Assembly: GCA_002269645.1 (NCBI GenBank)
Contig: NIVC01000217.1
Coordinates: 1-64,000, forward strand
Source of the DNA: Macrostomum lignano
Taxonomy: Eukaryota
Direction: 5' to 3'
Length of the DNA stretch: 64,000 nucleotides
The notes under the pieces: generated by a model
Database searches by the model: none
Told to the model about the DNA's origin: nothing
Seen by the model: only the letters and a program-made list of their open reading frames with translations
Shown here: piece by piece, positions 1-12,500 of the stretch
Position numbering within the stretch: position 1 is the first letter of the stretch
How the letters are laid out: every line of letters starts with the position of its first letter
Position numbers and translations under genes: made by a program

Positions 1-460
1 CTCATGAACCTAAATGATACCTCATGAACCTAAATGATACCTAATGACCCTAAATGATGCCTCATGACCCTAAATGATACCTCATGACCCTAAATGATAC
101 CTCATGACCTTAAAAAGTACCTCATGAACCTAAATGATACCTCATGACCCTAAATAATACCTCATGAACCTAAATGATACCTCATGAACCTAAATGATAC
201 CTCATGAACCTAAATGATACCTAATGACCCTAATGATGCCTCATGACCCTAAATGATACCTCATGACCCTAAATGATACCTCATGACCCTAAATAATACC
301 TCATGACCCTAAATAATACCTCATGAACCTAAATGATACCTCATGACCCTAAATGATACTCATGACCCTAATCTGATTTCTCATGACCGTAATCTGATAT
401 CTCGTGCTGACCCTAATCTGATATCTCGTGACCCTAATCAACCCTTATGACCCTAAACAT
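1..460 (+). repeat. 20-bp minisatellite (CTCATGAACCTAAATGATAC), decaying at its right edge; runs off the window start; probably intronic in MED23
   Basis: About 18 near-perfect 20-bp units visible from base 1 to ~360, then degenerate units (CTCGTGACCCTAATCTGATAT) to ~460. Confidence 0.95.
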
Positions 461-589
461 ATCTAGTTGATTAGATCTCTAAGCTGATAATGATTGCATG
501 CTAATATGACGCCAATTTGACCCTGGCAGTCTATAAGGTCATTAGCCTAGCCTAATAACATGTAACCTTATCATAAATCAAAGACTCAG

Positions 590-1550
590 GCTGACTTGAT
601 GACAGATTGCAACCCGCTCAACCCCCCTTCTGCTCCCAACCGCCCGCCAGCTTCCCGCCAAGCGGTGGCGCCAACGGCAGCCTGTCAGCGCTGGTGTCAC
701 AGCTGCGCCAAGTCTATGACGACACCCCAGGCGGCAGCAGTAGCTCAGCCAGTCTGTACTCCATGCGCCATCCGCGTTGCCCTGCTGATGGACACGGCGC
801 TTGCTAGGCTGTTCAACTGCAGCCGCCAGACTCTTGCGCCTTGTTGAGCGCCACTCTGGCGCCATTCCTGCGCCATATGCCAGCGCCTGGCACCTGTCTG
901 ATCAGCCTGCTGTCTGTTTTACGACCCGCCAGCGCCTCTCCGGCTCTACTTGGCCGCTGCACTTTTAGCGCCTCGAATGGAGGCTGCCGCTGATGGGGCC
1001 TACCTGCCGTCTGACTGCCTGCCGTTCTTCAAATCCCTGCTGGCTTCTCCCAGCCCGCCGGCCCCAGCTGCTCAGGCCAGCTCCTCCGATTGGCTCAGCT
1101 GCATCGGCCCGCCTGAGGCGGCGCTGAACCGCCTGTCGCTCGCCCTGAGCAGCCACGGCCGGCGGCGGCTTCCCTCAGCTGGACTGGTTCGGTCACGAGT
1201 GGCCTTCAAGCTGCTCCCATGCGGTGAACTGCTGCGCCTTGCAGCTGCTGCTGTGCCCGGTTGACCTGCCGGCTCCGGTGATGCCGCCAAGAACTGCCGG
1301 GTTGTCCTCTGGCTTCATTCTGTCGTCGAAGTCCAAGCCGCATTCCAATAGGCAGAATGACGGTGGCGCTGCAGCGAAGAGGCCCGATGGAGGCTGAGCA
1401 GGACGCGTTTCTTGATGCGACGATGGCGGCGACGGCGAGGAAGACGACGAAGGTGGTGGCGAAGAGTCTGAGGATGCTGATGAGGACGAAGTTGACAAAT
1501 TGGATGGCAAAGCGCTGGACTGCTGCTGGCTCAGATGCCTGCCAGGCGTT
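590..1550 (+). CDS. MED23: Mediator subunit 23, internal exon, broken by several frameshifts; 3' boundary approximate
   Basis: Stitching frames gives AIRVALLMDTALARLF...LLSATLAPFLRHMPAPGTCLISLL (recalled human: VCLRFLPVFDIVIHRFL...LDHLGGLYKFHDRPVTYLYNTL) and FPQLDWFGHEWPSSCSHAVNCCALQLLLCP (human: FPNCDWRFNEFPNPAAHALHVTCVELMALA). Putative acceptor ...GACTCAG| at 589. Frame switches are needed near ~765, ~840, ~960, ~1170 and further downstream. Confidence 0.7.
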
Positions 1551-1570
1551 GGTGCTTTGGAATAGATAGT

Positions 1571-1921
1571 GGGGTCAAGTGAGGTCATTGTGAGGTGGAA
1601 TTGTAGCCTATGACTCCTGGGGTCAAATGAGGTCACTGCCACTCCTGGGTCAAATGAGGTCACTACCACTCTTGGGGTTCAAATGAGGTCACTGCCACTC
1701 CTGGAGTCAAATGAGGTCACTACAACTTTTGGGGTCAAAATGAGGTCACTACAACTTTTGGGGTCAAATGAGGTCACTACAACTTTGGGGTCTAATGAGG
1801 TCATTTTGAGTGTGGAATAATAGTATAGCCTACGACTCCTGGGGTCAAATGAGGTCATTGTGAAGTAGATCAGTAGCCCATGACTCTTGGGTCAAATGAG
1901 GTCATGACTTGAAATGGTAGC
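1571..1921 (+). repeat. ~27-48-bp minisatellite (GGGGTCAAATGAGGTCA core), left part; interrupted by the LTR retrotransposon
   Basis: Recurrent GGGGTCAAATGAGGTCA(CT/TT) units; the same array resumes at 6214. Confidence 0.9.
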
Positions 1922-2136
1922 TGTTAGATGTATTAATTTGATATAGACTTTTATCTATGGCATGACCGCCACTAGCATTACAGTACAACTTGAATGAGCG
2001 GTGCCTCGTTCTAAGGCCACAATAAATAAAAAAGTGATAGTGAGAGCTGCTCAACTGGAGCACTTAAGAAATTACCGAGTTAGCTATAGGCTACATCAAA
2101 ATTGGTGCTATAGTGTCTGTGCCTTCAGAATCAACA
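1922..2136 (+). repeat. 5' LTR (215 bp)
   Basis: Matches 6001-6213 apart from 4 substitutions and a short indel in an A-run (manual comparison). Confidence 0.96.
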
Positions 2137-2137
2137 C

Positions 2138-2152
2138 TGGTGACGAGGATGG
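2138..2152 (+). other. Primer-binding site, probably tRNA-Ser(GCU)
   Basis: TGGTGACGAGGATGG starts 1 nt after the LTR; complementary (one G:T pair) to the recalled tRNA-Ser(GCU) 3' end ...CCAUCCUCGUCGCCA; this type of PBS is typical of Mag elements. Confidence 0.75.
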
Positions 2153-5100
2153 CGACGATTCCAATCGAACCCCTGGAGACAGACGTGCCTGCCGAGGTCA
2201 GCAGATGGCTACAGCGATTCGAGGCTATAGCCAAAGTTAACAAGCTGGAACGACGACGTGCTGAAGTACGCGTTTATAGCACAACTGGGAAGAAGCGCGT
2301 TCAACTTTTTGGCTGACGCTGTACTGCCAGCAAAACCAGAGGAAAAGACCTTCGATCAGCTGAAGACGCTACTAACAAACGAAACGAAAGCATCGAAGTC
2401 GGGACTGGCCTATAGATACGCTTTCCACCACATGAAGCAAGAAAGCGGAGAAGACACGTCGGCCTATGCTAGGAGACTTCGACAAGCCGCGCGACAACTG
2501 TGAATTCACGGACCTAAACAACAGGTTGCGCGACCAGTTTGTGTTTGGTCTGTCTAACAAAGACATTGTGAGGAAACTGCTAACTGAAAAACTTGCAGAC
2601 CTCACCTGGGAGAGGGTGACGTCCATGGCAAGCGCAAGCGCAGGCGAGGCGAAAAACAGATGAGCAGCAGCGAAATCTTATCGGTCAATAGGACGGATCG
2701 ACCGCGTTTGCCAGAGACTCGACAGAACGATCGCAAAGCGTGGCAGCCAGCCGGTTACGGCAAGTGGAATCAAAAAGCCATCGCGACCAAACAAAATGTT
2801 TCTGCTGTGGCAAGGATGGACACCGCAAGGACGTCTGCCAGCACCGTTCTAAGACCTGCCTGAATTGCGGAAAGACTGGCCACCTGAAAGCTGTGTGTAA
2901 GTCTAATCCATCAAGACCTGCTCAAGGGTCAAGACAGACTGTCAAGGTGAGAGCGATCGAACCGCAGAAAGATTCTTCAGGACCTGTAGGAGCACAGGAC
3001 AGCATCTTCTCCGTAAATGGCAGCTGTGAGGAGCCCAGCAGGCGCAGGATAACAAGGCTTCTGCTGGTCAATGGGGCCAATCTTCATATGATTATGGACA
3101 CGGGATCCGTCTCATCATTTGTATCGCTAAAGGTGTATCAAGGCCTTCCGTTGAAATCCAATTAAGACGACAGCCCGACGATTTACAGCATACCAAGGAG
3201 ATCCGGTGCGTGTTTTAGAAGTTACTGTCAGAGTAGAGCGTGGCGGCGCAGTAGCAAACCTGCCATTGTTTGTCGTTGACCACAGAGATGTGGAGCCCAT
3301 ATATGGTTTGGACTGGATTGCAGAGCTGGAGCCGGAGCTTTATGTCGCCATAACCCAAGGTGGTAATGCTGACACTACTGAAGAACGGCAATCAAGTCGC
3401 ATGTCTCCAGTCGACACCGTGAAGGTGTCACCATCGATCAGGCCAGGCGCAAAACCTGTTTTCTGCAAGCCAAGACCGATTCCCTATGGTATTCAAGAAG
3501 ACGTAAAGAATGAGCTACGAAGAATGGAATCTGAAGGACAGTTAGAGAATTAAGCGAATGGGCCACGCCTATAGTGTGTGTCAGAAAGCAATCTGGTAGT
3601 ATCAGGATTTGTGGCGACTATAAGATAACACTGAACCCAGTCTTGGAAGACATGGTGTCGACGACGCCATCAATTGATGAAGTGATGTCCAGATTGGGTC
3701 GAGCCCGGAAATTCTCCACGCTAGATCTCACAAACGCATACTTGCAGGTATCAGTCGACGCCGAGACAAGTCAGATGCAAACTTGGAGCACACCCTTTGG
3801 GCCTGTTTCGTCCAACCGCACTGGCTTTTGGGGTAAAACAAGCACCCGCTATCTTCCAGTCACATATGGATAAACTCCTGCTAAACCTCGACGGCGTGAT
3901 ATCCTACCAGGACGATATCCTCATCTGGGGCCAAGGTCAGACTGATCATGACAAAAGGCTCAACACTGTAATGAAGATCCTGGAAAACAATGGACTTTGC
4001 ATAAATGCTGACAAGTCTGTACTAAACAAGTCGTCAATACGATTTTTGGGCTACGAGATCAGTGCTGATGGAATTCGCCCTCTAAAGGAGAAAGTGGAAG
4101 CCATTGCCGGATTGAAAGAGCCAAGCGACCTCAAACAACTACAGGCGTTCTTGGGAATGGTCGATTTCTATGGACGATGCATTCCTAACTTGGCTACGTT
4201 GAAAGAGTCATTGACCAATCTAACCAGGTCAGGTGTGCGATGGACCTGGGGAAGGCAAGAACAGAAGGCCTTTAACACAATCAAGGAAAGATTGCTCAAC
4301 GCCGGACTTCTAAAGTCATTCGATCCAGCTGACAATATTATACTTACGACTGATGCATCACCGGTGGGACTGGGAGCCGTGTTGGAGCAGTCGTCGCCGT
4401 CCTGTTCTATTTATCTCCAAGACGTTGACACAGGCTGAGAGAAATTATGCACAGATCGAAAGAGAGGCGCTAGCCATAGTCTGGGCGGTTAAACGCCTCC
4501 ACAAATATCTGCTAGGACGCAAGTTCGTGCTCAGGACGGACCATCACCCACTGAAATTTTTGTTCAACCCTGGAAAGGCCTTGTCTATGGTTGCTGCTGC
4601 TAGGCTACAGCGATGGGCGATCACACTCATGGAGTATGATTACGTCATCGAGTGTAAGCGTTCCGAGGAGATCCCTGTCGCCGATGCCCTATCTCGATTG
4701 AATAATAGTGCCGCGGAGAGCGAGCAATTCGACGTCAACTCGATTCAGGACAGTCTACTCGATATACCAGTTGACAAGCAGCGGCTTAGGCGCACTTCAA
4801 TGCTTGATCAGGAGATGCGACGGCTGTTTGCGCTCGTCAAGCATGGCTGGACAGCCCAAGGAATCAAGGAGCTACCAACATACGCTCGAACTCGTGACGA
4901 ACTGGTGATCGAGAACGGTCTTCTTTACAGAGGAATACGCCTGCTGATCCGGAGGAGGAGCGACAAAGAGTTCTTCAACTATTGCACGACGGCCCACATA
5001 GGCGCGGACAAGATGAAATCCATTGCCAGACAATGCGTATTGGTGGCCAGGAATAGACGCTGATGTCACTAGGCATACCAAGCAATGCGTCGCTTGCCAG

Positions 5101-5922
5101 ACAAATTCAAGACCATGGAGCATCAATCCAATGGGCATCTTGGCCAGAGGAAAGCGAAAAGTGGTGCCGTGTGCACGCAGACTACGCTGGACCGTTTAAG
5201 GGCAACAAGTACCTGCTCGTAATAGTCGATGCCTACAGCAAATGGGCAGAAGTACATGTTACGCAGTCAACCACATCGGCAGAGACTATCCGACGTTTCC
5301 AAAGAACGTTCTCGCAAGAAGGTGTTCCCGCAACATTGGTTACTGACAATGGTCCACAATTCACTTCAGTGGAGATGGAGGGCTGGCTCAAAGGAAACGG
5401 ATGCAGACACGTGCTCACGCCTCCGTACCACCCACGATCAAACGGCCTTGCCGAAAGGTTTGTGAGAGACCTGAAGAACCATGTGGCGGCATCAGGAGGC
5501 GAAGACGATCTACAAACCAGTGTCGACCGCTTCCTTCTACAGTACAGGAACTCCCGTCACTCCACGACAAGAAGGGCACCTGCAGAGTTAATGCGAGGAC
5601 ATCTGCTTCGGACGGCAACGTTGACCTTGGCCAAAGAACCGGTGTGGGTAAAGACCTACAGAACGAAACCGAGAAATGGAAGCCCGGTGAAATCGTTGCT
5701 AGAGAAGGTAAGAAAATTGTGGGCGTACAATTGGAAGACGGAAAACACAGCCGATATCATCTGGAGCAACAAAACCAAGGATTCCCGTTGAAACTAGCGA
5801 GCCTCAGGAGAGGTCACAGCAAGGTGTTGCTGACCAGAACACAAGTAACCCGACGGAAGAGCCTGGACAACCTGAAAGAGGTCATCGCTGCCAGCGCACG
5901 CGGAAGGCACCCGACAGATTGA
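2149..5922 (+). pseudogene. gag-pol polyprotein (frameshifted): Gag with twin zinc knuckles, aspartic protease, RT, RNase H, integrase
   Basis: Gag MATIPIEPLE...LRDQFVFG; CFCCGKDGHRKDVC and CLNCGKTGHLKAVC; protease MDTGS; RT YQDD; RNase H TTDASPVGLGAVL and ERNYAQIEREALA; integrase RVHADYAGP...TDNGPQF...SNGLAERFV. The frame is broken at ten or more places. Confidence 0.93.
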
Positions 5923-6000
5923 ACTACTCAACTTTAGGAAGCCCGGATTGCGCGTGAACTGGAGTGAACTCGGACAGTTGCAGAAACTATCGGGAAGGAG

Positions 6001-6213
6001 TGTTAGATGTATTAATTTGATATAGACTTTTATCTATGGCATGACCGCCACTAGCATTACAGTACAACTTGAATGAGCGGTGCCTCGTTCTAAGGCCACA
6101 ATAAATAAAAGTGATAGTGACAGCTGCTCAACTGGAGCACTTAAGAAATTACCGAGTTAGCTAAAGGCTACATCAAAATTGGTGTTATAGTGTCTGTGCC
6201 TTCAAAATCAACA
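6001..6213 (+). repeat. 3' LTR (213 bp)
   Basis: Direct repeat of 1922-2136; preceded by the PPT and followed by TSD GTAGC. Confidence 0.96.
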
Positions 6214-6520
6214 GTAGCCTACGACTCTTAGGGTCAAATGAGGTAATTGTGAGATTAAATGGTAGCCTTCGACTATTGGGGTCAAATGAGGTCATTGTAA
6301 GATGGAATAGTATAGCCTGCGACTCTTAGGGGTCAAATGAGGTCATTTTGAGGTAGATAAGTAGCCTACGACTCTTGGGGTTAATTGAGGTCATTGTGAA
6401 GTTAATTAGTAGTAGCCTACGACTCTTTAGGGTCAAATAAGGTCATGCCATTGTGAGGTGGAATGGTAGCCTACGACTATTAAGGGTCAAATGAGGTCAT
6501 TGTGAGGTGGAATAGTAGTT
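6214..6520 (+). repeat. ~48-bp minisatellite, right part (GAGGTCATTGTGAGGTGGAATAGTAGCCTACGACTCTTGGGGTCAAAT-like)
   Basis: Same unit family as 1571-1921. Confidence 0.9.
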
Positions 6521-6605
6521 CATTGTAAGTAGTATAAAAGTACCTCAGTTTGTCACAATTCCATTCATTAGATTGTCTCTCTTTGTCTCTGCCCCGACCC
6601 CATAG

Positions 6606-6800
6606 GTTCACAACTCGCCTGGTTCAGCAGCCATTGCTGGCTCTGTACGATCAGCTGTCCGGAGCGGCGCCCCACAAAGCTCTCGGACACGAGTTGGCCA
6701 GCCGGCCAGAGGTTTGCCTGTGGTTCGCCTACCTCAGCCACGCCGGACCTGCAGAGTCGCCCAACTGCCAGTGTTCTTCAGGCACAGTGTTAGGGCTAAG
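6606..6800 (+). CDS. MED23: MED23 penultimate exon (one apparent frameshift near 6760)
   Basis: CATAG| acceptor, AAG|GTGACT donor; encodes ...EVCLWFAYLSHAG...LPVFFRHSVRAK, aligning to human LALAHAVWHHSSIGQLSLIPKFLTEVLLPIVK; phase 0 joins the next exon. Confidence 0.65.
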
Positions 6801-6850
6801 GTGACTCCCGTAACTGTCATATTTTTAACTGTTAGATCCTATGATTTAAA

Positions 6851-7660
6851 TCCCAGAATCAAAAACCCCGTACCCTAAGAATCCCATACCCTCAGAATCC
6901 CAGATCCCGTACCCCAAGAATCCCATACCCTCAGAATCCCAGATCTCGTACCCCAAAATCCCATACCCTCAAAATCCCAGATCCTGTACCCCAAGAATCC
7001 CATAACCTCAGAATCCCAGATTCCATACCCCAAGAATCCCAGACCCTCAGAATCCCAGATCCTGTACCCCAGGAATCCCATACCCTCAGAATCCCAGATC
7101 CCGTACCCCAAGAATCCCATACCCTCAGAATCCCAGATCCCGTACCCTAGGAATCCCATACCCTCAGAATCCCAGATCCCGTACCCCAGGAATCCCATAC
7201 CCTCAGAATCCCAGATCCCGTACCCCAAGAATCCCATACCCTCAGAATCCCAGATCCCGTACCCCAAAAATCACATACCCTCAAAATCCCAGATCCTGTA
7301 CCCCAAGAATCCCATAACCTCAGAATCCCAGATTCCATACCCCAGGAATCCCAGACCCTCAGAATCCCAGATCCCGTACCCCAAGAATCCCATACCCTCA
7401 GAATCCCAGATCCCGTACCCTAGGAATCCCATACCCTCAGAATCCCAGATCCCGTACCCCAGGAATCCCATACCCTCAGAATCCCAGATCCCGTACCCAG
7501 GAATCCCATACCCTCAGAATCCCAGATCCCGTACTCAAAGATTCCTATAACCTCAGAATCCCAGATCCCGTACTCAAAGATTCCTATAACCTCAGAATCC
7601 CAGATCCCGTACTCCAAGAATCCTATAACCTCAAAATCCCAGATTCCATACCCTCAGAAT
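6851..7660 (+). repeat. 39-bp intronic minisatellite (AGAATCCCATACCCTCAGAATCCCAGATCCCGTACCCCA)
   Basis: About 20 tandem units filling most of the last MED23 intron. Confidence 0.95.
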
Positions 7661-7734
7661 CCCATATCCCATACCCCAATAATCCCACAATCCCATATTC
7701 ACCTGCCATCAATCTCCAACCAAAAAACCCGCAG

Positions 7735-8085
7735 GTCCGCTGCGAGGCCCAGCTGCTGCTGTCCTGCCACCTCATCGGCCCCCTATTCGCCGATCTGCTC
7801 CGGGCCTGCAACTCGGTGCAGAACGAGCTGGTGGCCGAGCTCTACCACTGTCTGGCTGAGGTGGACGCCGCCTGCTCCGGCCGTCTTGAGCACCAGGACG
7901 CCCTAGCCGACTATTTCTATCACATCAAGTACATGTTTGTCGGCGACGGGGTTCGTCGAGTCGCCTCCAGTGTCATCGAGCGGTTGAGCCCGTCCATGCA
8001 GAGCCGACTACGGTCCATCGCGCCGGGTCACCAGCCTGACGGACCGGCCGATGCGCCCAACTTTCCCGCTCAGTCTGAAAACTGA
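7735..8085 (+). CDS. MED23: MED23 last coding exon (intact, 116 aa + stop)
   Basis: GCAG| acceptor; VRCEAQLLLSCHLIGPLF...DALADYFYHIKYMFVGDGVRRVASSVIERLSPSMQSRLRSI matches the MED23 C-terminus (TEFQLLYVYHLVGPFL...DPICDFLYHMKYMFTGDSVKEQVEKIICNLKPALKLRLRFI). Confidence 0.9.
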   Translation, partial: VRCEAQLLLSCHLIGPLFADLLRACNSVQNELVAELYHCLAEVDAACSGRLEHQDALADYFYHIKYMFVGDGVRRVASSVIERLSPSMQSRLRSIAPGHQPDGPADAPNFPAQSEN

Positions 8086-8127
8086 GTCTGAAAGCTCAGT
8101 CTGAAGACTGGCTCCCGGTGACTTAGG

Positions 8128-8745
8128 GAGAATCGCCCCGATAATCCACTGTGAGATAATCGCCCCGATAATCCACTGTAAGGGACTCGCCCCGATAATC
8201 CACTGAAAGAGAATCGCCTCGATAATCCACTGTGAGATTATCGCCCCGATAATCCACTGTGAGATAATCGCCCGATAATCCACTGTGAGATAATCGCCCC
8301 GATAATCCACTGAAAGAGAATCGCCCAGATAGTCCACTGTGAGAGAATCTCCCCGTCCCCGATAATCCACTGTAAGGGACTCGCTTCGATAATCCACTGA
8401 AAGAGAATCGCCTCGATAATCCATTGTGGGAGAATCGCCCCTATAATCCACTGAGAGAGAATCGCCCCGATAATCCATTGTGGGAGAATCGTCCCGATAA
8501 TCCACTGAGAGAATCGCCCCGATAATCCACTGAAAGAGAATCGCCCCGATAATCCACCGAGAGAGAATCGCCCGATAGTCCACTGTGAGAGAATCGCCCC
8601 GATAATCCACTGAGAGAGAATAGCCCCGATAATCCATTGTGGGAGAATCGCCCCGATAATCCACTGTGTGTGAATCGGCCCGATAATCCACTGTGAGATA
8701 ATCGCCCCGATAATCCACTGAGAGAGAATCGCCCTGATAGTCCAC
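8128..8745 (+). repeat. 27-bp minisatellite (GAGAATCGCCCCGATAATCCACTGTGA) just after the MED23 stop
   Basis: About 22 tandem units. Confidence 0.95.
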
Positions 8746-9549
8746 CTGGAGAGAAACGTCCTATTAATAAAATTTAAGTATCACCTTGTTAATACTATTG
8801 TATAATAATTGTTCCTTTAATCTTCTTTTAGTACATTCTAAAGTAAATTGCATGCAAGCCTACTGTTAGTAGTCTCCATAAGTAGCAGCTGGAATTTATG
8901 TACAAATAATAATATAACTTTTTTATAAGACGTTGTTGCATTGACTAATTAATTGCTAATATTAGCAATAAAGTTACTTTTCTCGTTTCTAATCTTTATA
9001 ATTAATTTATCTACTAAAGTAATAAGAAGATATATTGGCTGCTTCAATTCGCATTGTAGAGAGGCTATTACGCTAGCTGTGCACCACATGTGTGTTCGCT
9101 GGTTTCTAATTACGCATTTCCTTTGATCCTCAAGCCAGTAGAAAAGCGAGGCGGTTTGCCAGCGCGGTTATACGCTGCCCTTCAATTGCTGAAGTCAAAG
9201 GCTGCATGAATTTGATGAATGACTGCCCGATCTGCCAAGTGTTTCTCCAATCCCTTTTTTAGCCTCTGGGTTGGTTTTCTATTGCTTGTTACGAGCTACT
9301 TCTTTTGTGAAAAGCAATTTTCACTCTCTCGTTCACACTCTCTCTCACACGCTGTTTGCTTTTGCAACCAGTGCAAATTATAGACTGGTTGCTTTGGGAA
9401 ATTAGTCTGCATTTAACTGCAATATTGCTTTGCTCTCTCAACATGCACTCACGTCTCACCATCGTCTCCTGGGGAACGACTTGTGTCAGTCACTCTTCAA
9501 AAAGCCGCCTCTTATGTAATCTCTTTTTAACCTGCAGCTTCACTGCTAC

Positions 9550-12500
9550 ACCTTTTATAATCCCCTCAATCTCACCTTTTATGATCCACTCAATCTCACC
9601 TTTTATGATCCAATCAATCTCAATTTTATGATCCACTCAATCTCACCTTTTATGATCCACTCAATCTCACTTTTTATAATCCCCTCAATCTCACCTTTTA
9701 TGATCCCTCAATCTCACCTTTTATGATCCACTCAATCTCACTTTTATGATCCACTCAATCTCACCTTTTATGATCCACTCAATCTCACCTTTTATGATCC
9801 ACTCAATCTCACTTTTTATAATCCCTCAATCTCACCTTTTATGATCCCCTCAATCTCACCTTTTATGATCCACTCAATCTCACCTTTTATGATCCACTCA
9901 ATCTCACCTTTTATGATCCACTCAATCTCACCTTTTATGATCCACTCAATCTCACTTTTTATGATCCACTCAATCTCACCTTTTATGATCCACTCAATCT
10001 CACCTTTTATGATCCACTCAATCTCACCTTTTATGATCCACTCAATCTAACCTTTTATGATCCCCTCAATCTCACCTTTTATGATCCACTCAATCTCACC
10101 TTTTATGATCCACTCAATCTCACCTTTTATGATCCCCTCAATCTCACCTCTTATGATCCCCTCAATCTCACCTTTTATGATCCCCTCAATCTCACCTCTT
10201 ATGATCCCCTCAATCTCACCTTTTATGATCCCCTCAATCTCACCTTTTATCATCGACTCAATCTCACCTTTTATCATCGACTCAATCTCACCTTTTATAA
10301 TCCCCTCAATCTAACCTTTTATGATCCCCTCAATCTCACCTTTTATGATCCACTCAATCTCACCTTTTATGATCCACTCAATCTCACCTTTTATAATCCC
10401 CTTAATCTCACCTTTTATAATCCCCTTAATCTCACCTTTTTTTGATCCCCTCAATCTCACCTTTTATGATCCACTCAATCTCACCTTTTATGATCCCCTC
10501 AATCTCACCTTTTATGATCCACTCAATCTCACCTTTTATCATCGACTCTCAATCTCACCTTTTATCATCGACTCTCAATCTCACCTTTTATCATCGACTC
10601 TCAATCTCACCTTTTATCATCGACTCTCAATCTCACCTTTTATCATCGACTCTCAATCTCACCTTTTATCATAGACTCTCAATCTCACCTTTTATCATAG
10701 ACTCTCAATCTCACCTTTGATCATCGACTCTCAATCTCACCTTTTATCATAGACTCTCAATCTCACCTTTGATCATCGACTCTCAATCTCACCTTTTATC
10801 ATAGACTCTCAATCTCACCTTTTATCATCGACTCTCAATCTTACCTTTTATCATCGACTCTCAATCTCACCTTTTATCATCGACTCTTAATCTCACCTTT
10901 TATCATCGACTCTCAATCTCACCTTTTATCATCGACTCTCAATCTCACCTTTTATCATCGACTCTCAATCTCACCTTTTATCATAGACTCTCAATCTCAC
11001 CTTTATCATCGACTCTCAATCTCACCTTTTATCATAGACTCTCAATCTCACCTTTTATCATCGACTCTCAATCTCACCTTTTATCATCGACTTCCAATCT
11101 CACCTTTTATCATCGACTCTCAATCTCACCTTTTATCATAGACTCTCAATCTCACCTTTTATCATCCACTCAATCTCACTCTCACCCTCCACCAGTCTCA
11201 ATCTCACTCTCACCCCTCCACCAGTCTCAATCTCACTCTCACCCCTCCACCAGTCTCAATCTCACTCTCACCCCTCCACCAGTCTCAATCTCACTCTCAC
11301 CCCTCCACCAGTCTCAATCTCACTCTCACCCCTCCACCAGTCTCAATCTCACTCTCACCCCTCCACCAGTCTCAATCTCACTCTCGCCCCTCCACCAGTC
11401 TCAATCTCACTCTCACACTCCATCAGTCTCAATCCTACTCTCACCCCTCCACCAGTCTCAATCTTACTCTCACCCCTCCACCAGTCTCAAACTTACTCTC
11501 ACCCCTCCACCAGTCTCAATCTTACTCTCACCCCTCCACCAGTCTCAATCTTACTCTAACCCCTCCACCAGTCTCAATCTCACTCTCACCCCTCCACCAG
11601 TCTCAATCTTACTCTCACCCCTCCACCAGTCTCAATCTTACTCTCACCCCTCCACCAGTCTCAATCTTACTCTCACCCCTCCACCAGTCTCAATCTTACT
11701 CTCACCCCTCCACCAGTCTCAATCTTACTCTCACCCCTCCACCAGTCTCAATCTTACTCTCACCCCTCCACCAGTCTCAATCTTACTCTCACCCCTCCAC
11801 CAGTCTCAATCTTACTCTCACCCCTCCACCAGTCTCAATCTTACTCTCACCCCTCCACCAGTCTCAATCTTACTCTCACCCCTCCACCAGTCTCAATCTT
11901 ACTCTCTTATGTTCTCACCCTCTCCACCAGTCTCAATCTTACTCTCACCCCTCCACCAGTCTCAATCTCACTCTCACCCCTCCACCAGTCTCAATCTCAC
12001 TCTCACCCCTCCACCAGTCTCAATCTCACTCTCACCCCTCCACCAGTCTCAATCTCACTCTCACCCCTCCACCAGTCTCAATCTCACTCTCACCCCTCCA
12101 CCAGTCTCAATCTCACTCTCACCCCTCCACCAGTCTCAATCTCACTCTCGCCCCTCCACCAGTCTCAATCTCACTCTCACACTCCATCAGTCTCAATCCT
12201 ACTCTCACCCCTCCACCAGTCTCAATCTTACTCTCACCCCTCCACCAGTCTCAAACTTACTCTCACCCCTCCACCAGTCTCAATCTTACTCTCACCCCTC
12301 CACCAGTCTCAATCTTACTCTCACCCCTCCACCAGTCTCAATCTTACTCTCACCCCTCCACCAGTCTCAATCTTACTCTCACCCCTCCACCAGTCTCAAT
12401 CTTACTCTCACCCCTCCACCAGTCTCAATCTTACTCTCACCCTCCACCAGTCTCAATCTTACTCTCACCCCTCCACCAGTCTCAATCTTACTCTCACCCC

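Larger units (their letters stand above)
1922..6213 (+). mobile_element. Full-length Ty3/Gypsy LTR retrotransposon, Mag clade; gag-pol heavily frameshifted
   Basis: Two LTRs (1922-2136 and 6001-6213) with TGTT...AACA ends; 5-bp TSD GTAGC (1917-1921 and 6214-6218); PBS TGGTGACGAGGATGG at 2138; PPT GGGAAGGAG just before 6001; domain order Gag(2x CCHC)-PR-RT-RH-IN. Confidence 0.97.

Noticed and set aside
1193-1669. 158-aa Ser/Pro-rich minus-strand ORF
   Set aside because: Antisense shadow of the acidic, GC-rich MED23 exon plus minisatellite.
2640-3570. Programmed gag-pol ribosomal frameshift
   Set aside because: Breaks occur throughout all domains, and Mag elements usually have a single gag-pol ORF; better explained by indel errors or decay.
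5401-5922. Extra env-like ORF after integrase
   Set aside because: Its latter part is the frameshifted integrase C-terminus (WKPGEIVAREGKKIVGVQLEDG); no signal peptide or TM segment.
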